Below are positions 20,627 through 30,718 of a stretch of DNA of 64,000 bases, one piece after another. Under the pieces are notes generated by a model. That model was not told the DNA's origin. It worked only from the letters and a program-made list of their open reading frames with translations, and searched no databases. The stretch is from Acidobacteriota bacterium (GTDB lineage Bacteria > Acidobacteriota > UBA890 > WLXD01): assembly GCA_963666215.2 (NCBI GenBank), contig CAXWPL010000005.1, positions 736,001 through 800,000 on the forward strand, read 5' to 3'. The position numbers and the translations under genes were made by a program. Every line of letters begins with the position of its first letter. The stretch's first letter is position 1.

Positions 20627-21687
20627 TCGGCGAACACAGTAAGGGCCGAGACGATCTCGCGCTCCTCGATGCCGCCCGTGGGTCGATTGATCAGAACGCC
20701 GTCGACAACCAGCGTCGACGACCCGCCGCCATCGAGGTTGAGGGCTTCGACGCATCCGAGATCCTGCATCACACCGGCCAACTCCACCAGGTCGAGCCCG
20801 CGACTCTCGCGCTGCCGCCCGTCGACAACCAGCAGGATAAGCTCACCAGCGGTCGTAGTCCCCACCGCGGTCCGCGGATGGGCCTGGGGAATCGTCGAGC
20901 CGAAGAAAACCTCCTCATCGGTGGTGATACGAACCTGCCCGTCGGTGAGCAGCGACGGGCCCGCGGCAACCGCGTCGCGAACGTTCCACTCCGGCAGCCC
21001 CGCGAGATCGATAGATTCGATCGGCTGCTCGGCGGCGTTGGCCAGCGGCTCGACGAGCTCATAGAGCACGCCATCGCGACTTCCGACCCAAGCGATATCG
21101 ACGCCGCCATCAGCGCGAAGACCGAGCGCCGCGCGAGCCGTGAAGTAGCGAACGTCAGCGCGAATCACCGAGTCGATGGCTGGTTCGATCAGCCGACCGC
21201 CGACCTTCAGCAGACCGATATGGCTGCTCGGGTCGGTGTCCATACGGAAATAGCCACCATTAACGACCACGCGCGCCGATGTGCGGCGCGAGAAGTCGCT
21301 GGCCGTCTCGGTGCCGTCGGCATCAACCGACGCGGCCACACGCGTCGTAATGCCGTCGGCGGCCTCGCTCACGCGGACGTACCACGCGCGCAGCGGAATG
21401 CTGAGATCGGCGGCCGCGAAGACCTCGATCCCTTCGGGCAGATGCTCGTTGAGTGACGCCTCGGCCACCCATCGCAGGCTCAAACGCTGGTTGTCATCAG
21501 CGGCGCCCGAGGTCGACTCGCCAGATCTACAAGCCAGGGTCGCAAGCGCACCCATCGCTGCCACCAAGACTGCTGCTGACCGGACCGAGCGGTGCGAGGA
21601 GAGTGCGCTCACCGGCGCACATCGGCCCGCGGACGAGATGGACGCGCGCGCACCACCTACAGGCCTTCTGGACGCAGGTCTCTGCAT
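20623..21687 (-). CDS. Phosphodiester glycosidase (NAGPA) family protein
   Basis: NGGYF, HPRTAVG, VVDGR, NLDGGGS. Confidence 0.9.
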   Translation of the reverse strand: MQRPASRRPVGGARASISSAGRCAPVSALSSHRSVRSAAVLVAAMGALATLACRSGESTSGAADDNQRLSLRWVAEASLNEHLPEGIEVFAAADLSIPLRAWYVRVSEAADGITTRVAASVDADGTETASDFSRRTSARVVVNGGYFRMDTDPSSHIGLLKVGGRLIEPAIDSVIRADVRYFTARAALGLRADGGVDIAWVGSRDGVLYELVEPLANAAEQPIESIDLAGLPEWNVRDAVAAGPSLLTDGQVRITTDEEVFFGSTIPQAHPRTAVGTTTAGELILLVVDGRQRESRGLDLVELAGVMQDLGCVEALNLDGGGSSTLVVDGVLINRPTGGIEEREIVSALTVFAE

Positions 21688-21691
21688 GAAT

Positions 21692-22318
21692 TCACCCGGC
21701 CTCGAGCAGCCACAGATGCTGGAAGGCCGCGACCACAAGCGCGTGATGGATCTCGCCCGCGGAAATCAGGCGCCCGACCCTCGCGAGCGGCACCAAACGC
21801 GTCGCAATCTCCTCGTTGCCGTCGAGCGCCGGCTCACCAACGACGACCGTTCCCCGTACCAGCACGGTGTAGCAACGATTGTTCAGGATTGCGGGGTTGG
21901 GAGTAACCGAACCGATCAACTGCGCATCTCCGCCGGCAAAGCCGGTCTCTTCGCGTAGTTCCCGGAGCCCGGCCTCGAGCGGGGCCTCACCCGGATCCAC
22001 CATGCCGCCCGGGATCTCGAGCGTGACCTCGCCGCTGCCGTGTCGAAATTGCTCGATCAGCACGACATGTTCGTCATCGGTAACCGCAATCACGTTCACC
22101 CAATCGGGCGAATCGAGGTAAACGAAATTCGCTGGCGCGTCCGGTCGGCCAGGCGAAACGGCCGTGTGTTGACGCAGCGTGAAGATCGGCGTCACAGCGA
22201 GCTCACGGTCGTCTGTCCGGTGCCATGCGGCGATACTGCCCTGCGCGCCACCGTCCGCGTCATGGCCGAGATGCGCTTCATGCGCGGGGCCAGCGCCCTG
22301 CGGACGCTCAGGACTCAA
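21692..22318 (-). CDS. NUDIX hydrolase (ADP-ribose pyrophosphatase-like)
   Basis: Nudix box PGGMVDPGEAPLEAGLRELREETG. Confidence 0.9.
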   Translation of the reverse strand: MSPERPQGAGPAHEAHLGHDADGGAQGSIAAWHRTDDRELAVTPIFTLRQHTAVSPGRPDAPANFVYLDSPDWVNVIAVTDDEHVVLIEQFRHGSGEVTLEIPGGMVDPGEAPLEAGLRELREETGFAGGDAQLIGSVTPNPAILNNRCYTVLVRGTVVVGEPALDGNEEIATRLVPLARVGRLISAGEIHHALVVAAFQHLWLLEAG

Positions 22319-22868
22319 TCGCCACCCCCAACCCGTCGGCGATCCGATTTGCGTAGGCGTAGTACGACGTCACCTCGGTAATCGCGAGGATATCGGCGTC
22401 CTCGAAGCCGACGGCTCGAAGCGCGTCGGCGTCGGTGCGACTCATACCCGAAGGTGTCTGAGTGAGCTTCGCCGCATAGGTCAGCATCGCCCGACGACGA
22501 GAGTCCACGTTGGCGATTTTCCAGTCGCTCTCGACCGCCTCGAGCAACACAGGGTCGTCTCGCCACAGCCGGCGCAGTCCGCGCCGGTGATGCGCTACTC
22601 AGTAGTGGCACGCGTTCAACTCGCTTACTGCCAGCGCAATCAACTCCCGATCAACGGCACGCAGCCCTCGCGTGCCGCGCATGGCTGCGCGATAGAGCTC
22701 GTAGTGCGCCCGCAAACCACGCGGGTGCAGCGAATGCACCCTCATGATGTTGTCGAGCGCGCCGCTCTCAGGGTCGGACACGCGCTCGTACAGCTCGCGG
22801 AGATCGCCCTCCGCCTCTTCCTTCGAGACGGTTTCGATCCACGCGGGCGCTACAGCATCGGTGGGCAT
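22308..22868 (-). CDS. AhpD/CMD-like peroxidase-related selenoprotein (CxxU; TGA at 22599-22601 read as Sec)
   Basis: ORFs 22599-22868 and 22308-22550 are in frame, joined as NACHY-TGA-VAHHRRGL; TGA occupies the second Cys of the AhpD CxxC; downstream hairpin. Confidence 0.85.
22569..22587 (-). promoter_or_regulatory. Putative bacterial SECIS element
   Basis: Minus-strand CCGGCGC-GGACT-GCGCCGG stem-loop starting 11 nt after the UGA, loop beginning with G. Confidence 0.7.
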
Positions 22869-22996
22869 GGCGCCATGGTAAACGAAGCCGCCGTCGTGCC
22901 GGCGACTCGCGGGCTTTCGCGCCGCGTTCCTGGCCGACTGAGTACCGCGCCATAGGCTCAGCTTCCGCGCCGCGGGCCTCCTTTTCTAGCTCTTCT

Positions 22997-23086
22997 TCAC
23001 TGGTCGACGCTCCACTCGCCGCCATCATTGAACGAGAGGAACAAGAAGATGCAGCAGAAGAGGAGCGCCCACTCGCCTCCGTTAGC
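22997..23086 (-). pseudogene. DoxX-family C-terminal fragment
   Basis: NGGEWALLFCCIFLFLSFNDGGEWSVDQ* resembles the DoxX C-terminus; no N-terminal part present. Confidence 0.55.
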
Positions 23087-23510
23087 GCCCGCCGAGCAAC
23101 CTCGAGCCCGATGTCTCCCAGTCCGACCAGACCGATGGTCCTGCCATGCAGTTGCCGCACGCCGTCGAAGCGCATCCAGTTGAAAGCGATGGTTCGTTCG
23201 TCGGTCGCTACAGGCTCGATCCCCAGCTCGCGGTAGGCGCCGGCGGCGCATTGCAGATGACCGGGCACCAATCTGCGAACCAGACCCAACACCAACGCCA
23301 GCGTATGCTCGGCCACCGCGGTCGCACCCCGATGCGGCATGAACGACACCGGCACGCCGGCCCTGCCGGCAGCTTCGAGGTTCACCGCCCACGGAGCACG
23401 TCCCTGAACCTGCAGCAGGCGGAGCGACGCCCCCCAGATCCGGCAGACTCGAACGATTCGATCAGTGCCGCGGTAACCCGTCGTTGTCCGGTGACGATCA
23501 CGTCCGTAAC
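23087..23510 (-). pseudogene. D-isomer 2-hydroxyacid dehydrogenase internal fragment (frameshift ~23430)
   Basis: AVAEHTLAL and LHGRTIGLVGLGDIGLEVARR Rossmann motif; truncated at both ends. Confidence 0.75.
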
Positions 23511-23667
23511 ACTCTGAACCCCAAGTCCCTTGTCCTGCGGGCGTTTCACGTCCCGCCAGGAGGCCTCAGCTGCGCACAGTCGACTTGACTTGACAGTACC
23601 CGCAAGCCAGCCGGCGTTTGATACGCTCCTTTCTCTCCAGCGACGCGTTCTTGGGAGGTAATCGATC

Positions 23668-24921
23668 GTGGATGTGGCACAGGGAAAGGTCGTGCTCGCG
23701 TACAGCGGCGGGCTCGACACATCGGTCATCTTGAAGTGGCTCGCGAGGCAGGGGTATGAGCTGATCGCGTACATCGCGGACGTGGGGCAGGAAGAGGACT
23801 TCGATCGCGTCCGCGAGAAGGCGATGGCGACGGGCGCCTCGAAGGTGTACGTGGAGGATTTGAGGGAGGAGTTCGTCACCGACTACATCTTCCCTGCGTT
23901 CAAGGCCAACGCTATCTACGAGGGGAGCTACCTGCTGGGAACGGCTCTCGCCCGGCCGCTGATCGCGAAGCGCCAGATCGAGATCGCACACGAGGAGCAG
24001 GCGGAGTACGTCTCCCACGGAGCGACCGGAAAGGGGAACGATCAGGTTCGCTTCGAGCTGGCCTACTACGCGCTCGATCCGTCCATCCGCGTGATCTCGC
24101 CGTGGAAGGACAGGGCTTTCTTGGGACGGTTCAAGGGACGTCCCGAGCTTCTGGCGTACGCGGAAGAGCACGGCATCCCGGTGACGGCGTCACGGGAGAT
24201 GCCCTATAGCGAGGACGACAACCTGCTCCACATCAGCCACGAGTCGGGCATTCTCGAGGACCCGGCTCACGAGGTGGGAGAGGAGATCTTCTCCAGGACC
24301 AAGGCTCCCGAGGTCGCTCCCGACAGTCCCACGCGGATTGCCATAACGTTCCGGGACGGCATTCCGGTGCGGGTCGCCAACCTCGATGACGGTACGACGG
24401 TGGAGGCCCCGCTCGCCCTGTTCGAGTATCTCAACCGGCTCGGCAGCGAGAACGGCATCGGCCGTCTCGACCTCGTGGAGAACCGATTTGTGGGGGTCAA
24501 GTCGCGGGGCATCTACGAGACTCCCGGTGGCACGATCCTCCACATTGCCCACCTGGACATCGAGGGCATCGCCATGGACCGCGAGGTGCGCCGGCTTCGC
24601 GACACGCTCACGGCCAAGCTCAGCGAGCTGATCTACAACGGCTTCTGGTTCAGCCCGGAGATGGACTTCCTCATGGCGGCCATCGACAAGAGCCAGGAGA
24701 TCATCGACGGCACGGTGAAGCTGAAGCTCTACAAGGGGAACGTGACGGTCCTTGGGCGGGAATCCACAAGCTCGCTCTACGATCGGGAGCTTTCCAGCAT
24801 GGACATCGAGGGCGGTTTCGATCAGACGGACTCCGCGGGCTTCATCAAGATCAACGCCATCAGGCTCATGGCTCATCACGCGATCATGAAGAGGAAGCAG
24901 CGGAATCGGGTCGACAAGTGA
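23668..24921 (+). CDS. argG: Argininosuccinate synthase
   Basis: [44 protein letters not shown]. Confidence 0.97.
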   Translation: MDVAQGKVVLAYSGGLDTSVILKWLARQGYELIAYIADVGQEEDFDRVREKAMATGASKVYVEDLREEFVTDYIFPAFKANAIYEGSYLLGTALARPLIAKRQIEIAHEEQAEYVSHGATGKGNDQVRFELAYYALDPSIRVISPWKDRAFLGRFKGRPELLAYAEEHGIPVTASREMPYSEDDNLLHISHESGILEDPAHEVGEEIFSRTKAPEVAPDSPTRIAITFRDGIPVRVANLDDGTTVEAPLALFEYLNRLGSENGIGRLDLVENRFVGVKSRGIYETPGGTILHIAHLDIEGIAMDREVRRLRDTLTAKLSELIYNGFWFSPEMDFLMAAIDKSQEIIDGTVKLKLYKGNVTVLGRESTSSLYDRELSSMDIEGGFDQTDSAGFIKINAIRLMAHHAIMKRKQRNRVDK

Positions 24922-26114
24922 AGCTCTGGAACAAGGGTTACGACCTAGACGAAGAGATCGAGCGCTACACGGTGGGCGACGATCGGGACCTTGACCGCGT
25001 TTTGCTCCCGTACGACTGCGTCGCGTCCATGGTGCACGCCCATGTGCTGGAGAGAGCCGGCGTGCTCAGACCGGAAGAGACGACCCGTCTCGTCGCGGCG
25101 CTGGAGGATCTGAAGGCGGCGGCCGACAAGGGAGAGCTTCTCATCCAGCCCGGCGAGGAGGACTGTCACACCGCCCTGGAAAACCGTCTGGTCGCGGAGC
25201 TCGGTGATCTCGGAAAGAAGATCCACACGGCGCGATCCCGAAACGACCAGGTCGCGGTCGCACTCAGGCTGTACGTGAAGGACCGGCTCGCCGCGGTGGC
25301 CGGGCTGATCGACGGACTCGTCGTCGCCATGGAGGGGAAGGTCGAGCAAGAGGGAGACGTCCCCCTCCCCGGCTACAGCCACATGCGAAAGGCGATGGCC
25401 TCCTCCGTCTCCATGTGGCTGGGCGCGTTCATCGAGAGCATGGACGACAACAAGAGGATGCTGGAGGCGGCTTTCGCCCTCATCGACCAGAATCCTCTGG
25501 GCTCGGGAGCGGGCTACGGGATTCCCGTGTTCGATATCGACCGGCAACTCAGTGCGAAGGAGCTCGGCTTCGCGAGGGTCCAGGAAAACCCGCTCTACGT
25601 GCAGAACAGTCGCGGGAAGTTCGAGGCCATCGTCGTGGGCGCCCTCGTCAACGTCATGACCGATCTCAACAAGCTGGCGTCGGACCTGATGCTGTTCACC
25701 ATGGACGAGTTCGGCTTCTTCTCGCTACCCAGGGAGATCTGCACGGGCAGCTCCATCATGCCCCAGAAGCTCAACCCTGACGTGCTGGAGATCCTGCGCG
25801 CTCGGTACCACGAGGTGTCGGCCAACGAGCTCCGGATCCGGAGCACGACCGCCGATCTGATCTCCGGATACCACCGGGATCTCCAGCTCACCAAGAAGCC
25901 GCTGATGGAGAGCTTCGGCATCGCCGAGAGCTCGCTGGGGGTGATCACGCACGTCATCGAGAACCTCGGCGTGAATCGGGCCGCGTGTGAGCAGGCGTGC
26001 ACGGACGAGATCTACGCGACGGAGCGCGTCAACGTACTGGTAAAGCAGGGGATTCCCTTCCGCGACGCATACCGGCAGGTGGCCTCGGAGCTGTTCCAGG
26101 ACGATTCGGACTAA
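24918..26114 (+). CDS. argH: Argininosuccinate lyase
   Basis: [23 protein letters not shown]; GTGA overlap with argG. Confidence 0.95.
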   Translation: MKLWNKGYDLDEEIERYTVGDDRDLDRVLLPYDCVASMVHAHVLERAGVLRPEETTRLVAALEDLKAAADKGELLIQPGEEDCHTALENRLVAELGDLGKKIHTARSRNDQVAVALRLYVKDRLAAVAGLIDGLVVAMEGKVEQEGDVPLPGYSHMRKAMASSVSMWLGAFIESMDDNKRMLEAAFALIDQNPLGSGAGYGIPVFDIDRQLSAKELGFARVQENPLYVQNSRGKFEAIVVGALVNVMTDLNKLASDLMLFTMDEFGFFSLPREICTGSSIMPQKLNPDVLEILRARYHEVSANELRIRSTTADLISGYHRDLQLTKKPLMESFGIAESSLGVITHVIENLGVNRAACEQACTDEIYATERVNVLVKQGIPFRDAYRQVASELFQDDSD

Positions 26115-26196
26115 GATCAACTCTTCGTTTCCACAGGTGTTTGCCGATGTGCTGCGGTGACTGCGGATAACCAGATATAGGCTTCGGGACGGCATT

Positions 26197-26530
26197 GGGG
26201 GATGTCCCACCGTCCGTTGAACTAAGGCGACGGTGAAGTGGTTGGGCCAGTTACTGCTGCACCTGCCTGGCTGTGCGCGCTACGAACCTCCGCGACACGC
26301 TCGAGCGACTCGTGCCCGACGAAGCTCGCCCGTCGTCGAGCCGCTCTAACGAGCGCTCGTACTTGCGCGTGGTGACGCCGCACAGGATCTGCTCTACGGC
26401 GCGCTCTTCGAGCGGATCTGTTCCCTTGAACCTCTCCCAGTGCGGCAGCGGCAGCTCTTGGCCATCGACGCTCCGAGCCCGCGGCTTGCGTACCTTGACC
26501 CGCCGGCCGCCCATCACCAGCGAGCCCTCG
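26197..26530 (-). mobile_element. IS256-family remnant (right end joined to an N-terminal transposase fragment; internal deletion)
   Basis: GGRRVKVRKPRAR..GVTTRKY..TSRSSVSRRF; 50-bp end at 26197-26246 identical to 47779-47828. Confidence 0.8.
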
Positions 26531-26836
26531 GCGTAGACGTCGTAGTTGGCAAGAAAGCCATCGACGTCGGTGGCGAAAAACTTCAACGACAGTAGATTGC
26601 TGCGGCTCATCCCGGCGCCCTCGAGGACAGCATCAACATTTGGCGAGCGCGGCCTGCATCTGCCCGCGAATGTCGTTCGGATGCAGCACCTTGAAGCCCA
26701 GATCCGACTCCGAATCCGGCTCCACGGCAACCTGGCCAGAGCAGTGGAGCGTGCGGCTCAAGCCCTCCACAAGCTCGCCTTGGTCCATGCTGACCCGCAG
26801 TCCCCAGTCCCATGGATTCACCGACATTCGTTTCAT
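26530..26836 (-). pseudogene. RidA/YjgF-family pseudogene (frameshift ~26640, 3' truncated at the IS256 remnant)
   Basis: VNPWDW..LHCSGQVAV..GQMQAALA / NVDAVLEGAGM..FATDVD in two frames. Confidence 0.75.
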
Positions 26837-26931
26837 CTCGTCCGTCTCCCGGTGGTGGACAAGGCGATCTATTGACCGCCTGGAAGAGGTGCAACCGTGC
26901 CGCGCACGAGCGTTCCGCTGCCCATTTTCGG

Positions 26932-28650
26932 CTATTGCGGTAGCTTCATCAATTCGGCTGAGACCAGATCGATGAGAGGCGCGACGGTGGCCTGGTCGAA
27001 GGAAAACACAGCCTCCGCCGACGCGAACAGCTCGGGCAAACGACGCGAGCCGCCGAGCGCCAAGGCGCGACGGTAGGCGGCGAGTGCGCGCGCGTGATCG
27101 CGCTTGGCGTTGCGCCAGATCTGCAGCGCGCCGAGCTGGGCGATGCCGTACTCGATGTAATAGAACGGATAGCAGAAGAGGTGGAGCTGACGCTGCCACG
27201 ATGATTGCCGGGCGGCCGTGTGCTCGCCCCACTCGACGGGCTCTCCGAACCGAGACTCGAGCGCCAGCCACTTAGCGGTCCGGTCTTCCCGGGAATGATC
27301 CGGATGGGTGTAGATCCAGTGCTGAAAAGCGTCGATCCGCGCGACCCAGGGAAGCAGCTGAATGATGCCCTCGAGGTGCTTGCGCTTGGCCCGCGCCGCG
27401 TCGGCGTCGCTGTAGAAGGCGTCGAGATGGTCGTCTCCGAACAGCTCCATCGTCATCGAGGCGACCTCCGCGAACTCGATCGGGGCGTGACGATAGCCAA
27501 CCAGGGGCTCAGCGCGCGCCGCAATCGCGTGGAAGGCGTGCCCCGACTCGTGGAGCAGGGTCTCGACATCGCGATGCACACCGGCCGCGTTCATGAAAAT
27601 GAACGGCCGGCGCACCTCTTCGAGCGTCGACATGTAACCGCCGGGCGCCTTGCCCTTGCGCGACTCGAGGTCGAGCTCCCCGTGTGTACGCATCGAAGCG
27701 AACTGTGCGGCCAGCTCTGGATCGAGACGCGCGAAGATCTCGGCCACGCCGTCGGCAAGCTCCGCTCCCTCTGAAAACGGGCGCAGCGGAGGCCGTCCCA
27801 GTGAGTCCGCGGCCATGTCCCAGGGGCGCAGCTCTTCGAGGCCCATCGTCTGTCGGCGCTGTTCGGCGAGCTCACGCGCGAGCGGCACCACGGTTCGCTC
27901 CACCGCATCGTGGAAGTCGAAGCAGTCGGCGGGCGTATAGTCGAAACGCTGCAGAGCGCGGAAGGTGTAGTCGCGGTAGCCCGCGCAGTCGGCGTTGGCG
28001 GCAATACGCGCGCGCAGCGCGATCAGCTCGTCGAAGATCTCGTCGCACGTGTCGCGGTCGGTGAGCCGCCGCTCGACAATCGCCGTCCAGGCCTCGCGCC
28101 GCAGATCACGATCCTGCTCCTCGAGGTGCTTGGCCATCTGCGGCATCGTCTGCTCTTGGCCGCGGAACTGCATCGTCATTGAACCGGAAACCTTCTGGTA
28201 CCGCTGACTGAGCAGACTGGCCTCCGTCTGCAGCGGAATGTTCTCCTCGCGGTAGAGTTCGATCTCGGCGGCGATCTCGCGGTCGAGCACGTCGTAGCGA
28301 CCCGATCCCTCGGCCAGGAGCTGCTGACGTGCAGGCGCCGCGAGGTAAGTCTGATTGAGACCGTGCAGGTGCGGCTTCACCTTCGGTAGGAAGCCCTCGA
28401 CAAGCTCGAGGTAGCGGCGCTCGGCAATCTCGTCGCCAGTGTCGCGGGTCATCGCGATGTAGCGCCGCGAGCGCTCCTCGGCCATGCATGCCTGCAGCTC
28501 GCTGACGTCGAGCAGCCAGGTCTCGAGATCACTCGCCGTGTCGAGCGGACGCGCCAGTAGCCGCTCCAGAAGCGGACGGACAGCCTCGAAGTCGCCAACA
28601 TCGAGCGACTCCGGGACGAAAGTGCGCGGGAATTCCTTGTCTGCGTTCAT
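26932..28650 (-). CDS. M3 family oligoendopeptidase (PepF-like)
   Basis: GKAPGGY, LLHESGHAFH, AEVASM, PFYYIEY. Confidence 0.93.
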   Translation of the reverse strand: MNADKEFPRTFVPESLDVGDFEAVRPLLERLLARPLDTASDLETWLLDVSELQACMAEERSRRYIAMTRDTGDEIAERRYLELVEGFLPKVKPHLHGLNQTYLAAPARQQLLAEGSGRYDVLDREIAAEIELYREENIPLQTEASLLSQRYQKVSGSMTMQFRGQEQTMPQMAKHLEEQDRDLRREAWTAIVERRLTDRDTCDEIFDELIALRARIAANADCAGYRDYTFRALQRFDYTPADCFDFHDAVERTVVPLARELAEQRRQTMGLEELRPWDMAADSLGRPPLRPFSEGAELADGVAEIFARLDPELAAQFASMRTHGELDLESRKGKAPGGYMSTLEEVRRPFIFMNAAGVHRDVETLLHESGHAFHAIAARAEPLVGYRHAPIEFAEVASMTMELFGDDHLDAFYSDADAARAKRKHLEGIIQLLPWVARIDAFQHWIYTHPDHSREDRTAKWLALESRFGEPVEWGEHTAARQSSWQRQLHLFCYPFYYIEYGIAQLGALQIWRNAKRDHARALAAYRRALALGGSRRLPELFASAEAVFSFDQATVAPLIDLVSAELMKLPQ

Positions 28651-28744
28651 GACTGAGACCCTTGCGTTGACGCGCGTCGGAGCCAACCGAGCGCCGGAGA
28701 ATCGGCTCGTCCCCTCAGGCCTACCGCGCGCACGCCACGTCTCG

Positions 28745-30193
28745 CTAGGTAGCCGCGATGACCGGATCGGGGGGTGGCGCGACCGGTGCGTCGTGGCTCG
28801 GCAGCGCCGAGCGCAGCCACAGGCCAAAGATGGTGGACGCGACGATGCTCACCACGAGGAGCCCGACGACGAGCCCGTAGATGTCGGTATAGCCCAACGA
28901 GCGACCGATGCGGATGCCGATCCATGAGACGGGAACTGTGAGGATTGCGGCGCGAAGCGCGGCCATGATCATGCCGGGCTTCCCCATGCCCATGGCCTCG
29001 AACACAGGTCGGAGCAGCAGCGACGGAGTGCCGGCAAGGCAGGCCAACGGAACCAGGTAAATCGCGAAGCGCGCGTACATTGCGGTCAGCGGAGACTCCG
29101 CCAGCGACTCGGCAAGCCACGGGCCCATGAGCCACAGGATCGGGCCAACAATCACCAGGCTGTAGCCCGCGGAGAGCAGGAGTGACTGCCGAATTCCGGC
29201 GCGCACGCCGCGGTAGTCCTCGCGACCCACCAGCCGCCCCATGAACGGCAGCATTGCTACCGACATCGCGATGATCGGATTGTATGCGAACAGCATCACC
29301 CGGTGGTAAATCGAGTACGCCGCGATCGACTCCGTGGGGTCGCCCATGTTGGCGAGCAGCACATTGATAATCGCCATCTCGACAGCGGTCAACACGAAGG
29401 TCAGCCCGGCGGGCACGGCCAGCGACAGGATTGTGGCGAAGGGAGCGGGGTCGGTGCCGGGGAGATTGTGCGTCCCGGCCGCAATACGACCCGACTCGTG
29501 AGCCCGCGCGCGCGCCGTAGCGTAGGCAAGGCCGCCAACACGTCCGATGACCGTCGACAGGGCGATGCCGAAGATCCCCCAGTGGAAGACGAACAGGAAG
29601 ACCGTGTTGAGCACGATGTTGATGACGTTCGACGTGATCCCAGCCCACATCATCGAACGTGTGTCCTGGTGCGCCTTGACGATCGAGTCCGGGATAACCG
29701 ACCAGAAAGAGGTGCACGCCGAGCCGATGATCATCACGGTGGCGTAAACCACGAACATCCCGTACACCTCGTCGCTCAGAGTCCACTGAGGCGCCGCGAA
29801 CCAGATACCTACGCCCAGCAGAAGGAACGCTGGAGAAACAATCCAGGCGAGGCGCCAGGCGCACGAGAGGTACTGCTCGATCTTGTCGCCCTGTCGCGAG
29901 GCCATCGTGCGCGAAAGCGCCGAGGTGAGGCCGGTCGACAGCCCGACCCAAATCGCGATCATCAGGAACTCGAGCGGCACGGTGAGGCCGATCGCCGCCA
30001 CCGCCTCGTCACCGATTGTCGCCGCGTAGATCGTATCGACGAACGTGAACGCCGCACGCATGACGAACGACACCACCAGCGGCATCGTCATCGCCATCAG
30101 GGTGGGACCCGTATCGACCGAATCGCGGCCATGGCCCGGGGCAAGGCCACCGCCGGGCGAGGTCGATTCGGGCGGTTTCTCGCTACTCACCAA
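28745..30193 (-). CDS. MATE family efflux transporter
   Basis: About 12 TM helices; FVDTIYA, NIVLN..FHWGIFGIALST. Confidence 0.88.
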   Translation of the reverse strand: MVSSEKPPESTSPGGGLAPGHGRDSVDTGPTLMAMTMPLVVSFVMRAAFTFVDTIYAATIGDEAVAAIGLTVPLEFLMIAIWVGLSTGLTSALSRTMASRQGDKIEQYLSCAWRLAWIVSPAFLLLGVGIWFAAPQWTLSDEVYGMFVVYATVMIIGSACTSFWSVIPDSIVKAHQDTRSMMWAGITSNVINIVLNTVFLFVFHWGIFGIALSTVIGRVGGLAYATARARAHESGRIAAGTHNLPGTDPAPFATILSLAVPAGLTFVLTAVEMAIINVLLANMGDPTESIAAYSIYHRVMLFAYNPIIAMSVAMLPFMGRLVGREDYRGVRAGIRQSLLLSAGYSLVIVGPILWLMGPWLAESLAESPLTAMYARFAIYLVPLACLAGTPSLLLRPVFEAMGMGKPGMIMAALRAAILTVPVSWIGIRIGRSLGYTDIYGLVVGLLVVSIVASTIFGLWLRSALPSHDAPVAPPPDPVIAAT

Positions 30194-30235
30194 TAGCGCC
30201 CCATACGCGTCGACGGCAGAACGTCCGCAAGAAAG

Positions 30236-30532
30236 CTACTTCTTCCGCTTGCGACGGAAGAGGGAGAACCCACCAAAGCCACTGATGATGGCGATGTAGA
30301 AGCCGCAATCGTAGGCCCAACCGGCATTACGCGCCTCATAGATCCGAATTCCAGGGTTCAGGAACCCGAGCACCAGCGACAGCGGCGCGATCCAGCCGTG
30401 CCAGATGCCCACCAGAAACCCCGGTGGGCCGCTCCTCGTGGCCTGGGGAGTGCCTGGCAAACAGGCCGCTGTCGCGACCGCGGCAACGACAATCAGCACG
30501 ACTGCGGCACGCCTCGCTGTCGGGTGGGTCAT
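30236..30532 (-). CDS. Small membrane lipoprotein, hypothetical
   Basis: Lipobox TAAC; GFLVGIWHGWIAP..YEARNAGWAYDCGF. Confidence 0.65.
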   Translation of the reverse strand: MTHPTARRAAVVLIVVAAVATAACLPGTPQATRSGPPGFLVGIWHGWIAPLSLVLGFLNPGIRIYEARNAGWAYDCGFYIAIISGFGGFSLFRRKRKK

Positions 30533-30718
30533 TCCGAGCTGCTCTGAGTGAAATGCAATCGCGCCGTCTCTGCCAGACACGGAAGGGGCGCGGTCGGTGC
30601 TCTTTGAATCGATTCGGCGCGTCATTGTGCCGCATCTGGCTCGGCAGCATGGCAGACTTCTGTGGTTTCCGTCGTTTGTCGATGGCCGCACCACGCCTGG
30701 GAGTCAGCAAGCCCTCGT

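Noticed and set aside
22768-23385. 205-aa ORF as a real protein
   Set aside because: Chimeric read-through of a dehydrogenase fragment into unrelated sequence.
26251-26730. 159-aa ORF as a novel RidA-transposase fusion
   Set aside because: Deletion junction of two pseudogene fragments; no proper start and no DDE core.
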